Positions 8,570 to 17,334 are shown, numbered from the stretch's first letter. The stretch is DNA of 32,000 bases from Synechocystis sp. PCC 6803 substr. PCC-P (GCF_000284455.1 NC_017039.1:1710001-1742000); one strand, 5' to 3'. Numbers and translations are program-made. Notes: a model not told the origin generated them from the letters alone.

Positions 8570-8671
8570 ATTTTTTAAAGTTCTCCTGTTGTCGTAAATG
8601 ACAAAAAAGTTTGTTATGCTACCCGGAGCCGGAATCTGCCGGAGCCAAGTTTTTGCATGATACCCCAAAAC

Positions 8672-9604
8672 CTAATTGGGCTTATCCCGGTTTAAAGGGG
8701 CAGAGGGGGGAAACTCGTCAGGATGTTGCCAAGATTTAGGGTCTTCCAGGGGCTCCAAATGGGTGGTTACCCTAGAGCCAGTAATCCGTTCGGCGATCGC
8801 CGTTTCGATGGCTTCACAGAGGTCATGGCCCCGTTGCACAGTCCAATGTCCAGGCACTAGGACATGGAAGGAAATAAAAGACTGGGAGCCGGCCTGCCTG
8901 GTTTGCAATAGATGAAAACGTACTCCTTGGTCTTCGTAGGGCAAAAAACAGCTAGTGATGGCCTGGAGTTGGGCCGGGGGCAGCGATTGGTCCATCAAGC
9001 TGGAGATGGTTTCCCGCAATAAATGGGTTCCTGTCCAGAGCACGTTGAATCCTACCCCAAGGGCTATCAAGGGATCTAGCCATTCCCAACCAGTGACAAA
9101 AATTAAAGCTACCGCCACCACCACCCCCACCGAAGTCCAGACATCGGTCATTAGATGCTGAGAATCGGCCCGCAAGGCAATGGAATTTAATCTTTTCCCC
9201 GCCCGCCAAAGAATCCAAGCCACTGTTCCGTTTAAGGCCGTAGCGGCGATCGCCAAGGCAATGCCCAAAGCATTTTGATCTAAGGGTCGGGGACTCAGTA
9301 AACGTTCTACAGCGCTGTAACCGATGCCAAGGGCCGCAACAAAAATGAAGGCCCCTTCTAATCCACTAGAAAAGTATTCCGCCTTGCTATGGCCAAAGGG
9401 ATGTTCAGAATCCGCCGGGGTAGCCGCTAAGGACAGAGCCCAAAAAGCAACGATCGCCGAAGCTAGGTTCACAGTGGATTCCAACGCATCGGACAACAGA
9501 CCCACAGAACCGGTAATGGCATAGGCCCCCAATTTCAATCCCATGGTGGCCAGGGCCGCACCAATGGAAAGAACCGCATAGGGACGGGCAAGACGGGCGG
9601 TCAT
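8672..9604 (-). CDS. Cation diffusion facilitator (CDF) family divalent-metal efflux transporter (310 aa)
   Basis: Six predicted TM helices with SDALES (TM2) and HLMTD (TM5) metal-site motifs, plus a C-terminal cytoplasmic domain. Confidence 0.85.
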   Translation of the reverse strand: MTARLARPYAVLSIGAALATMGLKLGAYAITGSVGLLSDALESTVNLASAIVAFWALSLAATPADSEHPFGHSKAEYFSSGLEGAFIFVAALGIGYSAVERLLSPRPLDQNALGIALAIAATALNGTVAWILWRAGKRLNSIALRADSQHLMTDVWTSVGVVVAVALIFVTGWEWLDPLIALGVGFNVLWTGTHLLRETISSLMDQSLPPAQLQAITSCFLPYEDQGVRFHLLQTRQAGSQSFISFHVLVPGHWTVQRGHDLCEAIETAIAERITGSRVTTHLEPLEDPKSWQHPDEFPPSAPLNRDKPN

Positions 9605-9667
9605 GGGGGTTAAAAATGAAGGTTAAAAGATTTTATTCAGCAAATCAAAGCTGTTGCACAGGAAAAA

Positions 9668-10153
9668 CTAGGCCGCCTGCAAGCAATCCAGTAAAGGTTG
9701 CCAGCGGAAAACCCGATCGCCGCCCATTTCCAACACCACTTTCAGTTTGGGCACTCTTTTGGTGAGACTAATTAAGTCTTGAATTTCGGTTTGGGAGAGA
9801 ATATAACCTTCCAAAATCCACAACACCAAACCTTTACTTTGGGCCGGTAAATTTTCCAACTGATAACCGGCGATCGGCTGGGCAAAATAAATCGGTCCCA
9901 CCGCTCCTTCTTGGGCAATGTTTTTCTTACCTAAATGGGCCGGACGTACTCCATGGACTTGCATCAAATAGGCTTCCACGTCCCCCAAACCCCTTGCCGA
10001 AAGGGATATACTGGCGTAGCCGTTGGCCCGTAGGCGTCTTTGGTAACGACCTTCATAACCACCTTCTAGGGGGGCATACACTGCCAAAGCCCCGTCGTTT
10101 TCTAGAGCGCGGATAAATCCTTTTCCGTTAGCAATTAATGGCAATGGCAACAT
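9668..10153 (-). CDS. ndhN: NAD(P)H-quinone oxidoreductase (NDH-1) subunit N
   Basis: ...LEGGYEGRYQRRLRANGY... at ~160 aa is typical of cyanobacterial/plastid NdhN. Its position next to tsf-rpsB fits the Synechocystis arrangement as I recall it. Confidence 0.8.
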   Translation of the reverse strand: MLPLPLIANGKGFIRALENDGALAVYAPLEGGYEGRYQRRLRANGYASISLSARGLGDVEAYLMQVHGVRPAHLGKKNIAQEGAVGPIYFAQPIAGYQLENLPAQSKGLVLWILEGYILSQTEIQDLISLTKRVPKLKVVLEMGGDRVFRWQPLLDCLQAA

Positions 10154-10272
10154 AGCAATGATGGCGATAATTATAAGTTATGGAAGCCTAGGACAGACTA
10201 AGTTACCCACGATTTTGACACACTCTCTGGGCAAAGCAAAGATGGGCTGCCAAGATTTTCTGGGGTTTATCC

Positions 10273-10324
10273 CAAAAGCAAAAACCCAAATCTTCCCTGG
10301 CCTGTGGCGGTGGAAATCTGGGTT
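10273..10324 (-). terminator. Intrinsic terminator downstream of tsf
   Basis: On the minus-strand RNA, AACCCAGAUUUCC pairs with GGAAGAUUUGGGUU (~13 bp with one bulge and G-U pairs). It is followed by UUUUGCUUUUGGG, ~55 nt after the tsf stop. Confidence 0.6.
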
Positions 10325-10377
10325 CAAAAGGTTCTTAGATTTAGCTAATAAGTAGTGCGGTAATCAAGCCTGAGTTA

Positions 10378-11034
10378 CTAGCCCTTAGCGGCGGCGGCCA
10401 CTTCTTCCGCAAAGTTGGTTTCTGCTTTTTCGATGCCTTCACCAAGGTTAAAGCGGATAAAGCGACGAACTTGGATGTTTTCCCCCAATTCGGCGATCGC
10501 CTGTTTAACCAACTCTTCAATGGTGAGATTTTGGTCTTTGATGTAGGGCTGGTCTAGCAAAGATAGCTCCTTGAGGCGTTTATCAATGCGCCCTTGGACA
10601 ATCTTTTCTTTGATATTGGCGGGCTTTTTGCCCAGGTCGTCGCGCCCCATTTCAATTTCCTTCTCTTTAGCCACCATTTCCTGGGGAATGTCGGCTACGC
10701 TAACGTACTCCACATTGGGACAAGCGGCAATCTGCATGGCCACATCGTTAACCAAATCTTTAAAGCGATCACCCCGGGCGACAAAATCAGTTTCGCAGTT
10801 AACTTCCACCAACACGCCAATGCGGCCACCAAAGTGGATGTAGCTATGGACCAAACCTTCGGCCGCGGTACGGCCAGATTTTTTATCAGCGGAGGCAATG
10901 CCCTTCTGCCGGAGCCATTCAATGGATTTTTCTAAATCACCCTCATTTTCCTTTAGGGCTTTTTTACAGTCCATCATGCCTGCGCCGGTTTTTTCACGCA
11001 GTTCCTTCACGAGTTGAGCGGTAATTTCTGCCAT
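10378..11034 (-). CDS. tsf: Elongation factor Ts
   Basis: [38 protein letters not shown] is the canonical EF-Ts N-terminus. 218 aa. Confidence 0.95.
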   Translation of the reverse strand: MAEITAQLVKELREKTGAGMMDCKKALKENEGDLEKSIEWLRQKGIASADKKSGRTAAEGLVHSYIHFGGRIGVLVEVNCETDFVARGDRFKDLVNDVAMQIAACPNVEYVSVADIPQEMVAKEKEIEMGRDDLGKKPANIKEKIVQGRIDKRLKELSLLDQPYIKDQNLTIEELVKQAIAELGENIQVRRFIRFNLGEGIEKAETNFAEEVAAAAKG

Positions 11035-11187
11035 GGTTATCGTTCCTAATCAGTTTTTCTATGATTGCACGGTAATTATTGGGCTAAGGGAAAAAAGTGA
11101 TGGTCAACACCAGCTATATTTTCCCCTAGTACTGGGACTGGGTTTGCCCTGCCCCATCGGTGAGAAAAAGGAAAAAAGGGACAAAAT

Positions 11188-11997
11188 CTAAGCTTCTGGA
11201 GTGGCTGCAACTTCTGCTTCGGCCGCTTCTTCCACTTCCTCAGCGGCTTCTACTTCTAGATTATCTCCATCCAAACCTTCGTCAAACTCTTCGTAGTCAT
11301 CGCTGACATCCGGTTGACCATGGCGACCTTCATAGATTGCATCGGCCAGTTTGCCCACAATCAATTTGATCGAACGGATGGCGTCATCGTTAGCGGGGAT
11401 AGGCACATCGACCACATCTGGGTCACAGTTGGTATCCAACATGGCAATGATGGGAATACCGAGCTTTTGGCATTCATGAATGGCGTTATGTTCCCGCCGT
11501 TGGTCCACGATTACCACCACGTCGGGGAGCTTGCGCATATTTTTAATACCGCCCAGGTATTTTTGTAATTTGCCCAATTCCCGCCGGAGCATGGAGCCTT
11601 CTTTTTTACCCCGACGGTCAATGCCGCCACTGGCTTCTAGGGCTTCCAATTCCTTCAGGCGATCAACCCGTTTGCGGATGGTTTCCCAGTTGGTGAGCAT
11701 TCCCCCCAACCACCGTTGATTGACGTAGTGAGCTCCACAGCGTTGGGCTTCCTGGGAAATGATGCCAGCGGCTTGGCGCTTAGTGCCGACAAATAAGAAC
11801 TTTTTACCGTTGATGGTGGAAGAGCGGACATACTCATAGGCATCTTCCATCAGTTGGGCGGTTTGCACCAGGTCAATAATATGAACACCATTGCGGGCGG
11901 TGTAGATATATTGATCCATGCGGGGGTTCCAGCGGCGGGTTTGGTGGCCGAAGTGAACACCAGACTCTAGCAAATCTGCGAGAGAAACTACGGGCAT
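11188..11997 (-). CDS. rpsB: 30S ribosomal protein S2
   Basis: [29 protein letters not shown]...R.G.HIIDL is canonical S2, with an acidic C-terminal tail. It lies upstream of tsf on the same strand. Confidence 0.95.
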   Translation of the reverse strand: MPVVSLADLLESGVHFGHQTRRWNPRMDQYIYTARNGVHIIDLVQTAQLMEDAYEYVRSSTINGKKFLFVGTKRQAAGIISQEAQRCGAHYVNQRWLGGMLTNWETIRKRVDRLKELEALEASGGIDRRGKKEGSMLRRELGKLQKYLGGIKNMRKLPDVVVIVDQRREHNAIHECQKLGIPIIAMLDTNCDPDVVDVPIPANDDAIRSIKLIVGKLADAIYEGRHGQPDVSDDYEEFDEGLDGDNLEVEAAEEVEEAAEAEVAATPEA

Positions 11998-12028
11998 GTT
12001 AAATTTTCTCCTATTCGGGTTTATCCTT

Positions 12029-12077
12029 CATCCAAGGGAATTTCCGCCTGTGGCAGAAACACCCGAAAGCTTGGATG
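12029..12077 (-). promoter_or_regulatory. Stem-loop in the rpsB 5' leader
   Basis: A perfect 8-bp inverted repeat, CATCCAAG (12029-12036) / CTTGGATG (12070-12077), encloses 33 nt. It lies ~30 nt upstream of the rpsB start, next to the GGAG Shine-Dalgarno at ~12009-12012. Confidence 0.35.
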
Positions 12078-12221
12078 TGCGAATTTTTGACAACCTTTCC
12101 AGTTTAGCAGGCGATCGCCCCGATTACCCACGCTTACCACTGGGAAATAAACTCTGTTGCCTTTAATCCAAATCGACGACAATCTTCAGTCAGAACAACC
12201 AAAAATTTGATTCGTTTTAAG

Positions 12222-12294
12222 TCCAGGGTACAGGAGTTGAACCTGTCTAGGGCGAATTATGAGTTCGCTGCCTCAACCGCTCGGCCAACCCTGG
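12222..12294 (-). tRNA. tRNA with anticodon CAU, most likely tRNA-Ile2 (lysidine type); elongator Met not excluded
   Basis: The manual fold of the minus strand gives: acceptor CCAGGGT/ACCCTGG; D-arm GCC-GAGCGGTTGA-GGC; anticodon stem GCGAA/TTCGC with loop CTCATAA; variable CCTAG; T-arm ACAGG-TTCAACT-CCTGT; discriminator A. Total 73 nt, with no encoded CCA. The large D-loop with a short variable arm resembles plastid trnI-CAU. Confidence 0.8.
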
Positions 12295-12479
12295 TAATTG
12301 GTTTGTGGGAAAGCGCCCAGGGATATATTCTAAACCACTGCCTACCACCCAGGAGAGTGATCAATAATTTCCCCTAGGAGGGATTGTTTAATCTTGGCAA
12401 ATTGAGATAATTTTGAAATTTCCTGGGGCATAATAAATCGAACTATCCAAAAAACCGCTTCAATGGCGATCGCCAGGTT

Positions 12480-13598
12480 ATGTCCACCAAAAGTAAGATT
12501 TTTCTTGTCCTGTTAGTTTTTTGTCCCCTCTCCTTTGCCGCCCACTGGTTGGGTTGGGGGGAAACGACGGTGTTCATTTTGGCTGGTTTGGCCATTGTGC
12601 CCCTAGCAGCCTTCATGGGCACGGCCACGGAGGAAATCGCCGTGGTAATCGGTCCTAATGCGGGGGGCCTGCTCAATGCCACCTTCGGCAACGCCACAGA
12701 ACTAATTTTGGCCTATATCGCCCTAAAAGAAGGGTTAATCGAGGTGGTCAAAGCCACCCTGACAGGATCAATTATTGGTAACTTACTGCTAGTAATGGGT
12801 TTTGCCGTCTTCCTGGGGGGATTGCGCTATAAGGAACAAAATTTCCAACCCCTCGCCGCTCGCTTGAATGCATCCACCATGAATTTGGGGGTAGTGGCGA
12901 TTCTGTTACCCACAGCCTTGCAATACACCTCCACGGGGGTGGAGGAAACGGTTTTACAAAATCTCTCTGTGGCCGTGGCCGTGGTGTTAATCGGTGTCTA
13001 CCTCCTCTCCTTGGTGTTTTCCATGGGAACCCATGCCTATCTGTACGATGTGGGCGTGGCCGAGAATATGGAGATGCCCGAACTCGGCGAAGATGTATCA
13101 GAACCGGAACCTCCTACGGAAGAAGAAAAACCCAATCTTTGGCTTTGGACGGGAGTTTTATTGGTAGTCACCCTAGGGGTAGCGGTGGAATCGGAATTGC
13201 TGGTGGGTTCCTTAGAGGTGGCCACGGAATCCCTGGGATTAACTGCCCTGTTCACCGGGGTAATCGTCCTACCCATTATCGGTAACGCTGCCGAGCACGC
13301 CACCGCCGTCACTGTGGCCATGAAAGATAAAATGGATCTCTCCATGTCTGTGGTGATGGGGTCGAGCCTGCAAATTGCCTTCTTTGTGGCCCCAGTCTTG
13401 GTCATCGTCGGCTGGGCGATCGGTCAGCCCATGGATTTAAACTTCAATCCATTCGAGTTGGTAGCGGTATTGGTGGCAGTTTTGATTGTCAACTCTATCA
13501 GTAGTGATGGCACTTCCAATTGGTTAGAGGGCATCCTGTTGCTTGCTACCTATGCCATTGTGGCCCTGGCCTTTTTCTTTCATCCCACCCTGGTCTAG
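12480..13598 (+). CDS. Ca2+/H+ antiporter (CAX, CaCA superfamily), 372 aa
   Basis: It has the two alpha-repeat signatures, GNATELI (aa ~70) and GNAAEH (aa ~268). It has about 11 TM helices and a central acidic loop (EMPELGEDVSEPEPPTEEE). Confidence 0.9.
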   Translation: MSTKSKIFLVLLVFCPLSFAAHWLGWGETTVFILAGLAIVPLAAFMGTATEEIAVVIGPNAGGLLNATFGNATELILAYIALKEGLIEVVKATLTGSIIGNLLLVMGFAVFLGGLRYKEQNFQPLAARLNASTMNLGVVAILLPTALQYTSTGVEETVLQNLSVAVAVVLIGVYLLSLVFSMGTHAYLYDVGVAENMEMPELGEDVSEPEPPTEEEKPNLWLWTGVLLVVTLGVAVESELLVGSLEVATESLGLTALFTGVIVLPIIGNAAEHATAVTVAMKDKMDLSMSVVMGSSLQIAFFVAPVLVIVGWAIGQPMDLNFNPFELVAVLVAVLIVNSISSDGTSNWLEGILLLATYAIVALAFFFHPTLV

Positions 13599-13624
13599 TA
13601 GTTGATGAGTGATCTCTTCCAACT

Positions 13625-14212
13625 CTAAACCCGGGGTAGTGTAACTGATTGGGGCTGATTTTGATATTTGCCCCTTCTGGTTTCATAGCTAATATCGCAG
13701 TCTTCCCCTTCAAAAAAGAGTAACTGTACGATGCCTTCGTTGGCGTAGATACGGCAATCAGCACTGGAGGAATTGGAAAATTCTAGGGTGAGGTGACCAC
13801 ACCACCCCGCTTCCCCCGGAGTTAAGTTGGCAATAATACCAGCCCTGGCGTAAGTACTTTTACCAATACAAAGTACGGTTACATTAGCAGGGATGGCCAA
13901 TCTTTCCACTGCAACTCCCAGGCCGTAGGAGTGGGCTGGCAAAATAAAATAACTGCCACTGTCATCCCTGTGCAGTTGGGTAGCTTCCAAATTGTGGGGG
14001 TTAAAGTTTTTGGGATCAACTACAGTGCCCGGAATATGGCGAAAAATGCGAAAATCCGCCGCAGAAAGCCTAATATCATAACCAAAACTGCTCAGACCAA
14101 AGGAAATAGCCGGTTGTCCCTCTATTTGCCGCATTAACTTGGGTTCAAAAGGCTCAATCATGCCTTGGGCAGCTTGAGCACGGATCCAAATATCATTCTT
14201 AATCATGGGCAA
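13625..14212 (-). CDS. dcd: dCTP deaminase
   Basis: MIKNDIWI...GMIEPFEP..........ISFGLSSFGYDIRL...GWCGHLTLEFSNSS, 195 aa. This is the typical Dcd trimeric dUTPase-fold signature. Confidence 0.9.
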   Translation of the reverse strand: MPMIKNDIWIRAQAAQGMIEPFEPKLMRQIEGQPAISFGLSSFGYDIRLSAADFRIFRHIPGTVVDPKNFNPHNLEATQLHRDDSGSYFILPAHSYGLGVAVERLAIPANVTVLCIGKSTYARAGIIANLTPGEAGWCGHLTLEFSNSSSADCRIYANEGIVQLLFFEGEDCDISYETRRGKYQNQPQSVTLPRV

Positions 14213-14458
14213 AGTTCAGGGAAATAAAGCGGCAATCATTATAGCTGCATCAATGGCGATCGCCGACGGGAATAATTTGAGCTAGTCTTGAATTGATCTG
14301 ATCAATGAAATGATTAATCAGGAGAAAAACTGAAAATGTTTGTTATCACCGACGAATTTTGGCTTCATCAAATAAATTTTAATACTATGATTTGTGAATA
14401 AATTTATGGAACAGTAAATATCAACGATTATATAGTAGTTTCAAATAAAGCTGAGACG

Positions 14459-14953
14459 CTAAACGCCACAGTAAGAACGGATAATTTCATCAAGAGACGT
14501 GTCAATAGGAGCGTACATTCTAGCTCGTTTCAAGGCACTAAAGTCATGCTCAATATCATTTAAATCAGGAGAATATTTCGGCAAAAAAAGAACTTCATGA
14601 CCTGCTTCTTTAGCCAATTCTTTAATGGCAGTTTTACGATGAATAGGAGCATTATCCATTATTAATATTGATGGAATGTCGAGGGAGGGTAGCAAATATA
14701 ATTTTAACCATCCTTCAAAGCCTTCTGCATTCAAACTCCCGGTAAAAACCATCGGCGCAATCAAATCTTTTTTTCCTTTTCTTCTCCCTGCTACTAGATT
14801 TTCTCTGACTCCCCTTTTTCCTTGTCTATCTCCATAAACTTTTTTTCCTTTTTTTGACCAGGCATAAATACAAGCCTGGATTGCTTCGAATCCAGATTCA
14901 TCTATGTAAACTATAGCTTGACTACCATAGAGCTTAATTAGTTCTCTTAACAT
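14459..14953 (-). CDS. ISY100 transposase, C-terminal DDE catalytic part
   Basis: ...IVYIDESGF...IMDNAPIHRK...LFLPKYSPDLNDIEH... matches the DD(34)E-type IS630 motifs. Its frame is open upstream as far as the A9 run (ELRYRERNREERVKYYRMLRELIK). Confidence 0.85.
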   Translation of the reverse strand: MLRELIKLYGSQAIVYIDESGFEAIQACIYAWSKKGKKVYGDRQGKRGVRENLVAGRRKGKKDLIAPMVFTGSLNAEGFEGWLKLYLLPSLDIPSILIMDNAPIHRKTAIKELAKEAGHEVLFLPKYSPDLNDIEHDFSALKRARMYAPIDTSLDEIIRSYCGV

Positions 14954-15306
14954 TCTATAGTACTTAACTCGTTCCTCCCGGTTTCTTTCTCGATAACGTA
15001 GTTCTTTTTTTTTCTGTTTATTTTCATTTTCTTTAATGCGTAATATACGGCACTCGGCCTCACTCCAAATTTCTTGGCTCTGTCTATCAATCTTGCATCG
15101 GGATTTTCTTCTACGTCTTTTTTTAGAGCTTCCCAGTCTAATTTCCTATGGCGACGCTCTACTTTTGTTGGGCTTAAATCTACTCTATTTAACCATCTGT
15201 ATATCGAGGCTTTTCCTATTTTATATATCTTGGAAGCCTCAGTTATTTTTCCTCCAGCTTCTATATAAGCTACTACCCTTTGCCTTAAATCTAAACTGTA
15301 AGCCAT
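14947..15306 (-). CDS. ISY100 transposase, N-terminal (HTH) part; frame ends shortly after an A9 run
   Basis: MAYSLDLRQRVVAYIEAGGKITEASKIYKIGKASIYRWL...KKMKINRKKK, followed by 18 out-of-frame residues and a stop. T9 on the plus strand lies at 15005-15013. Confidence 0.85.
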   Translation of the reverse strand: MAYSLDLRQRVVAYIEAGGKITEASKIYKIGKASIYRWLNRVDLSPTKVERRHRKLDWEALKKDVEENPDARLIDRAKKFGVRPSAVYYALKKMKINRKKKNYVIEKETGRNELSTIEC

Positions 15307-15663
15307 TGTTTAAACCTGTTCATTTTGTACACTCCATAATTTTACATTAAATTCTCTCATCGTTAATTGAAATGACTATATTTTTAAAATTTCTAGAAAC
15401 TTAGCTATAAAGTCTTAATTTATCGCCTCTAGCTAAATTGTTTAAAAATAATATAAGTAGGCGTAGTCAGAACTACAATTTGGAGAAATTTTAACTGATT
15501 ATGTTATTTCATTATTATCTAAATCTGTCCCGGTCGAAATTGAGAATCTTTTAACTGTTCTAGGCGGAAATTTCCAGCTCTAGCGATGGGTGAGCGTGAG
15601 GCAGGGAACTGCGATAACCTAAAATTTGACTAAATTAACCCCTGAAGAATCAGAATTATCTCA

Positions 15664-15691
15664 CTGACAGGCCTAAAAAATTTCCTATAAT
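15664..15691 (+). promoter_or_regulatory. Putative sigma70-type promoter of the vWA operon
   Basis: cTGACA (15664-15669), a 16-nt spacer, then TATAAT (15686-15691), about 33 nt upstream of the ATG at 15725. This is a motif match only. Confidence 0.4.
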
Positions 15692-15724
15692 TGACAACAA
15701 GCTCATTTTACAAGCAGGTTCAGC

Positions 15725-16327
15725 ATGTCAAACCAACGGGATTACACGCTCATTATTGATAAAAGCGGTAGCATGTCCATCATTGAGCCAAAATTCCAAA
15801 AAAGCCGATGGGAGCTAGTTCAAGAATCAACCCTCGCCCTTGCCAGAAAATGTGACCAGCTAGATGCTAACGGAATCACAGTGTACACTTTCTCCGGCAA
15901 ATTCCGCCGTTATGACAACGTTAACGCATCTAAAGTGGAGCAAATTTTTCAAGAAAATGAACCAGTGGGTGGTACTAATCTCACCGCTGTGTTACAAGAT
16001 GCGCTCAATAATTTTTTACAACGAAAAAAATCTAATCAGGCTCCAACAGGAGAAACTATTTTAGTCATTACGGATGGAGAACCCAATGACCGTAGATCCG
16101 TTTTTGAAATCATTATCCAAGCCAGTAAGTGTCTAGATGCGGATGAAGAATTAGCTATTTCATTCATGCAAATTGGGAATGATCCCAGTGCCACCAAGTT
16201 TCTCCAGGCCCTTGATGATCAATTAATGGAAGTAGGAGCCAAGTTTGATATTGTTGATACGGTAACCTTTGATGAAATGGAAGACCTAACTTTAACTGAA
16301 GTTTTATTAAATGCTATTGAGGATTGA
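15725..16327 (+). CDS. Stand-alone von Willebrand factor A (vWA) domain protein with a complete MIDAS (200 aa)
   Basis: DKSGSMS (the DxSxS motif), GGTNL (MIDAS Thr) and ITDGEPND (MIDAS Asp). There is no signal peptide and no TM helix. It is similar to the TerY/TerF-C-type minimal vWA. Confidence 0.85.
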   Translation: MSNQRDYTLIIDKSGSMSIIEPKFQKSRWELVQESTLALARKCDQLDANGITVYTFSGKFRRYDNVNASKVEQIFQENEPVGGTNLTAVLQDALNNFLQRKKSNQAPTGETILVITDGEPNDRRSVFEIIIQASKCLDADEELAISFMQIGNDPSATKFLQALDDQLMEVGAKFDIVDTVTFDEMEDLTLTEVLLNAIED

Positions 16328-16343
16328 AACCAGATATTTTATT

Positions 16344-16769
16344 ATGAATAACTCCGATTCCATTGACTCTATACTGGCTGACCTCCGCCAAAAATATATT
16401 GAAGAGCCAGAAACGCTATCTAGTAATCCAGCTATAGCTTCTACTTCAAATAAGGAGCAAAAACATCCAACTTTAGATATTATTTTAAATGAATTAAAGC
16501 AAGGTTTTAAGGTTAATTATTTTTCCGAAAAAACGCCTAAAATTCAAGCTACATTTAAACAAACATCCGAATCTTTAAACCCAGAATTAAAAAAATTAAT
16601 TGATCACCAAGAGCAACAAAGACAGGCAATTATCGCTCAAAAAGCTCAACAATGGCTAGAGCAACTTGACCCACTGTCTGGTGAGGGAATTTGGTTTGCG
16701 GATTTAGCTAAGCATTATCCCTCTACCCTAGCCGCGGCAATTGCTTTATTAAATAACGAATCAACCTAA
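16344..16769 (+). CDS. Hypothetical protein (141 aa), predicted helical, Q/E/K-rich
   Basis: The ORF starts 16 nt after the vWA stop on the same strand. ATG at 16344 is preferred to the overlapping track start at 16311. I recognise no motif. From memory it may correspond to a cyanobacterial family labelled 'salt stress protein, Slr1339 family'; I cannot verify that here. Confidence 0.6.
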   Translation: MNNSDSIDSILADLRQKYIEEPETLSSNPAIASTSNKEQKHPTLDIILNELKQGFKVNYFSEKTPKIQATFKQTSESLNPELKKLIDHQEQQRQAIIAQKAQQWLEQLDPLSGEGIWFADLAKHYPSTLAAAIALLNNEST

Positions 16770-16797
16770 CGTAGTCTTAATTATTAAAATCACAAAA

Positions 16798-17334
16798 ATG
16801 ATTGACATTGTAAAAGCAGATCTTAATTCAGCTGTCCATGCAGAAGCAATGATTCAATTGATGAATGAATATGCCTGTGATCCCATGGGAGGAGGAGAAG
16901 AATTACCCAATTATGTTAAAGCAAATCTGCCAGCAGAACTTGCTAAAAGACCTTCTGCCCACATTATCCTCGCCTTTGTTGATTCTAAACCTGCTGGTCT
17001 TTTAGTATGTCTAGAAGGATTTTCTACTTTTGCTTGCAAGCCATTATTAAATATTCATGACGTCATTGTTTCTTTGCCTTATCGTGGCAAAGGTTTATCA
17101 AAATTAATGTTGCAAAAAGCAGAAGCCATCGCTTTAGATTTGGGCTGTTGCAAACTCACCTTAGAAGTACTGGAAGGAAATCATGTTGCCCAATCAGCGT
17201 ACAGATCATTCGGGTTTGGGAATTATGAGCTAGATCCCCAAATGGGAAAAGCATTATTTTGGCAAAAAAAGTTACCGGACATATCTACATTAGATAGTCA
17301 TGTGTCATCAATAATGATAAAGCAAGATAGCTAG
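16798..17334 (+). CDS. GNAT-family N-acetyltransferase (178 aa)
   Basis: The acetyl-CoA-binding motif A is ...VSLPYRGKGLSKLMLQKAE..., followed by ...LEVLEGNHVAQSAYRSFGF... It starts 28 nt after the preceding gene. Confidence 0.85.
   Translation: MIDIVKADLNSAVHAEAMIQLMNEYACDPMGGGEELPNYVKANLPAELAKRPSAHIILAFVDSKPAGLLVCLEGFSTFACKPLLNIHDVIVSLPYRGKGLSKLMLQKAEAIALDLGCCKLTLEVLEGNHVAQSAYRSFGFGNYELDPQMGKALFWQKKLPDISTLDSHVSSIMIKQDS

Larger units (their letters stand above)
14431..15380 (-). mobile_element. Complete ISY100-type (IS630/Tc1-mariner family) insertion sequence, ~946-950 bp
   Basis: Imperfect terminal inverted repeats: TATAGTAGTTTCAAATAAAGCTGAGA (from 14431) against the reverse complement of 15355-15380 (TATAGTCATTTCAATTAACGATGAGA). 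TA dinucleotides are compatible with a TA target duplication at both ends (14431-32 / 15379-80). The length matches the ~947 bp I recall for ISY100. Confidence 0.85.

Noticed and set aside
10158-10355. A 65-aa plus-strand ORF between ndhN and tsf.
   Set aside because: It overlaps the strong tsf terminator hairpin on the other strand. It has no motif, and the interval is better explained as the terminator plus the ndhN promoter region.
13037-13405. A 122-aa ORF antisense to the CAX antiporter. Comparable shadow ORFs lie at 12443-12697, 10571-10935, 11314-11843, 20558-21250, 23693-25945, 26493-26954, 28265-29009 and 30103-31365.
   Set aside because: Each overlaps a gene with textbook homology on the other strand or in another frame. 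None has motifs or plausible start contexts.
14336-14401. A 21-codon mini-ORF (MFVITDEFWLHQINFNTMICE) with an AGGAG Shine-Dalgarno 11 nt upstream, just outside the ISY100 end.
   Set aside because: It is too short to evaluate and has no recognisable family. It could be the remnant of a gene truncated by the IS insertion, but I cannot support that from the sequence.
15463-15476. A perfect NtcA-type palindrome GTA-N8-TAC (GTAGTCAGAACTAC) upstream of the vWA operon.
   Set aside because: The motif is expected several times by chance in 32 kb. There is no properly spaced TAN3T -10 box about 22 nt downstream. It lies ~210 nt upstream of the better promoter candidate.
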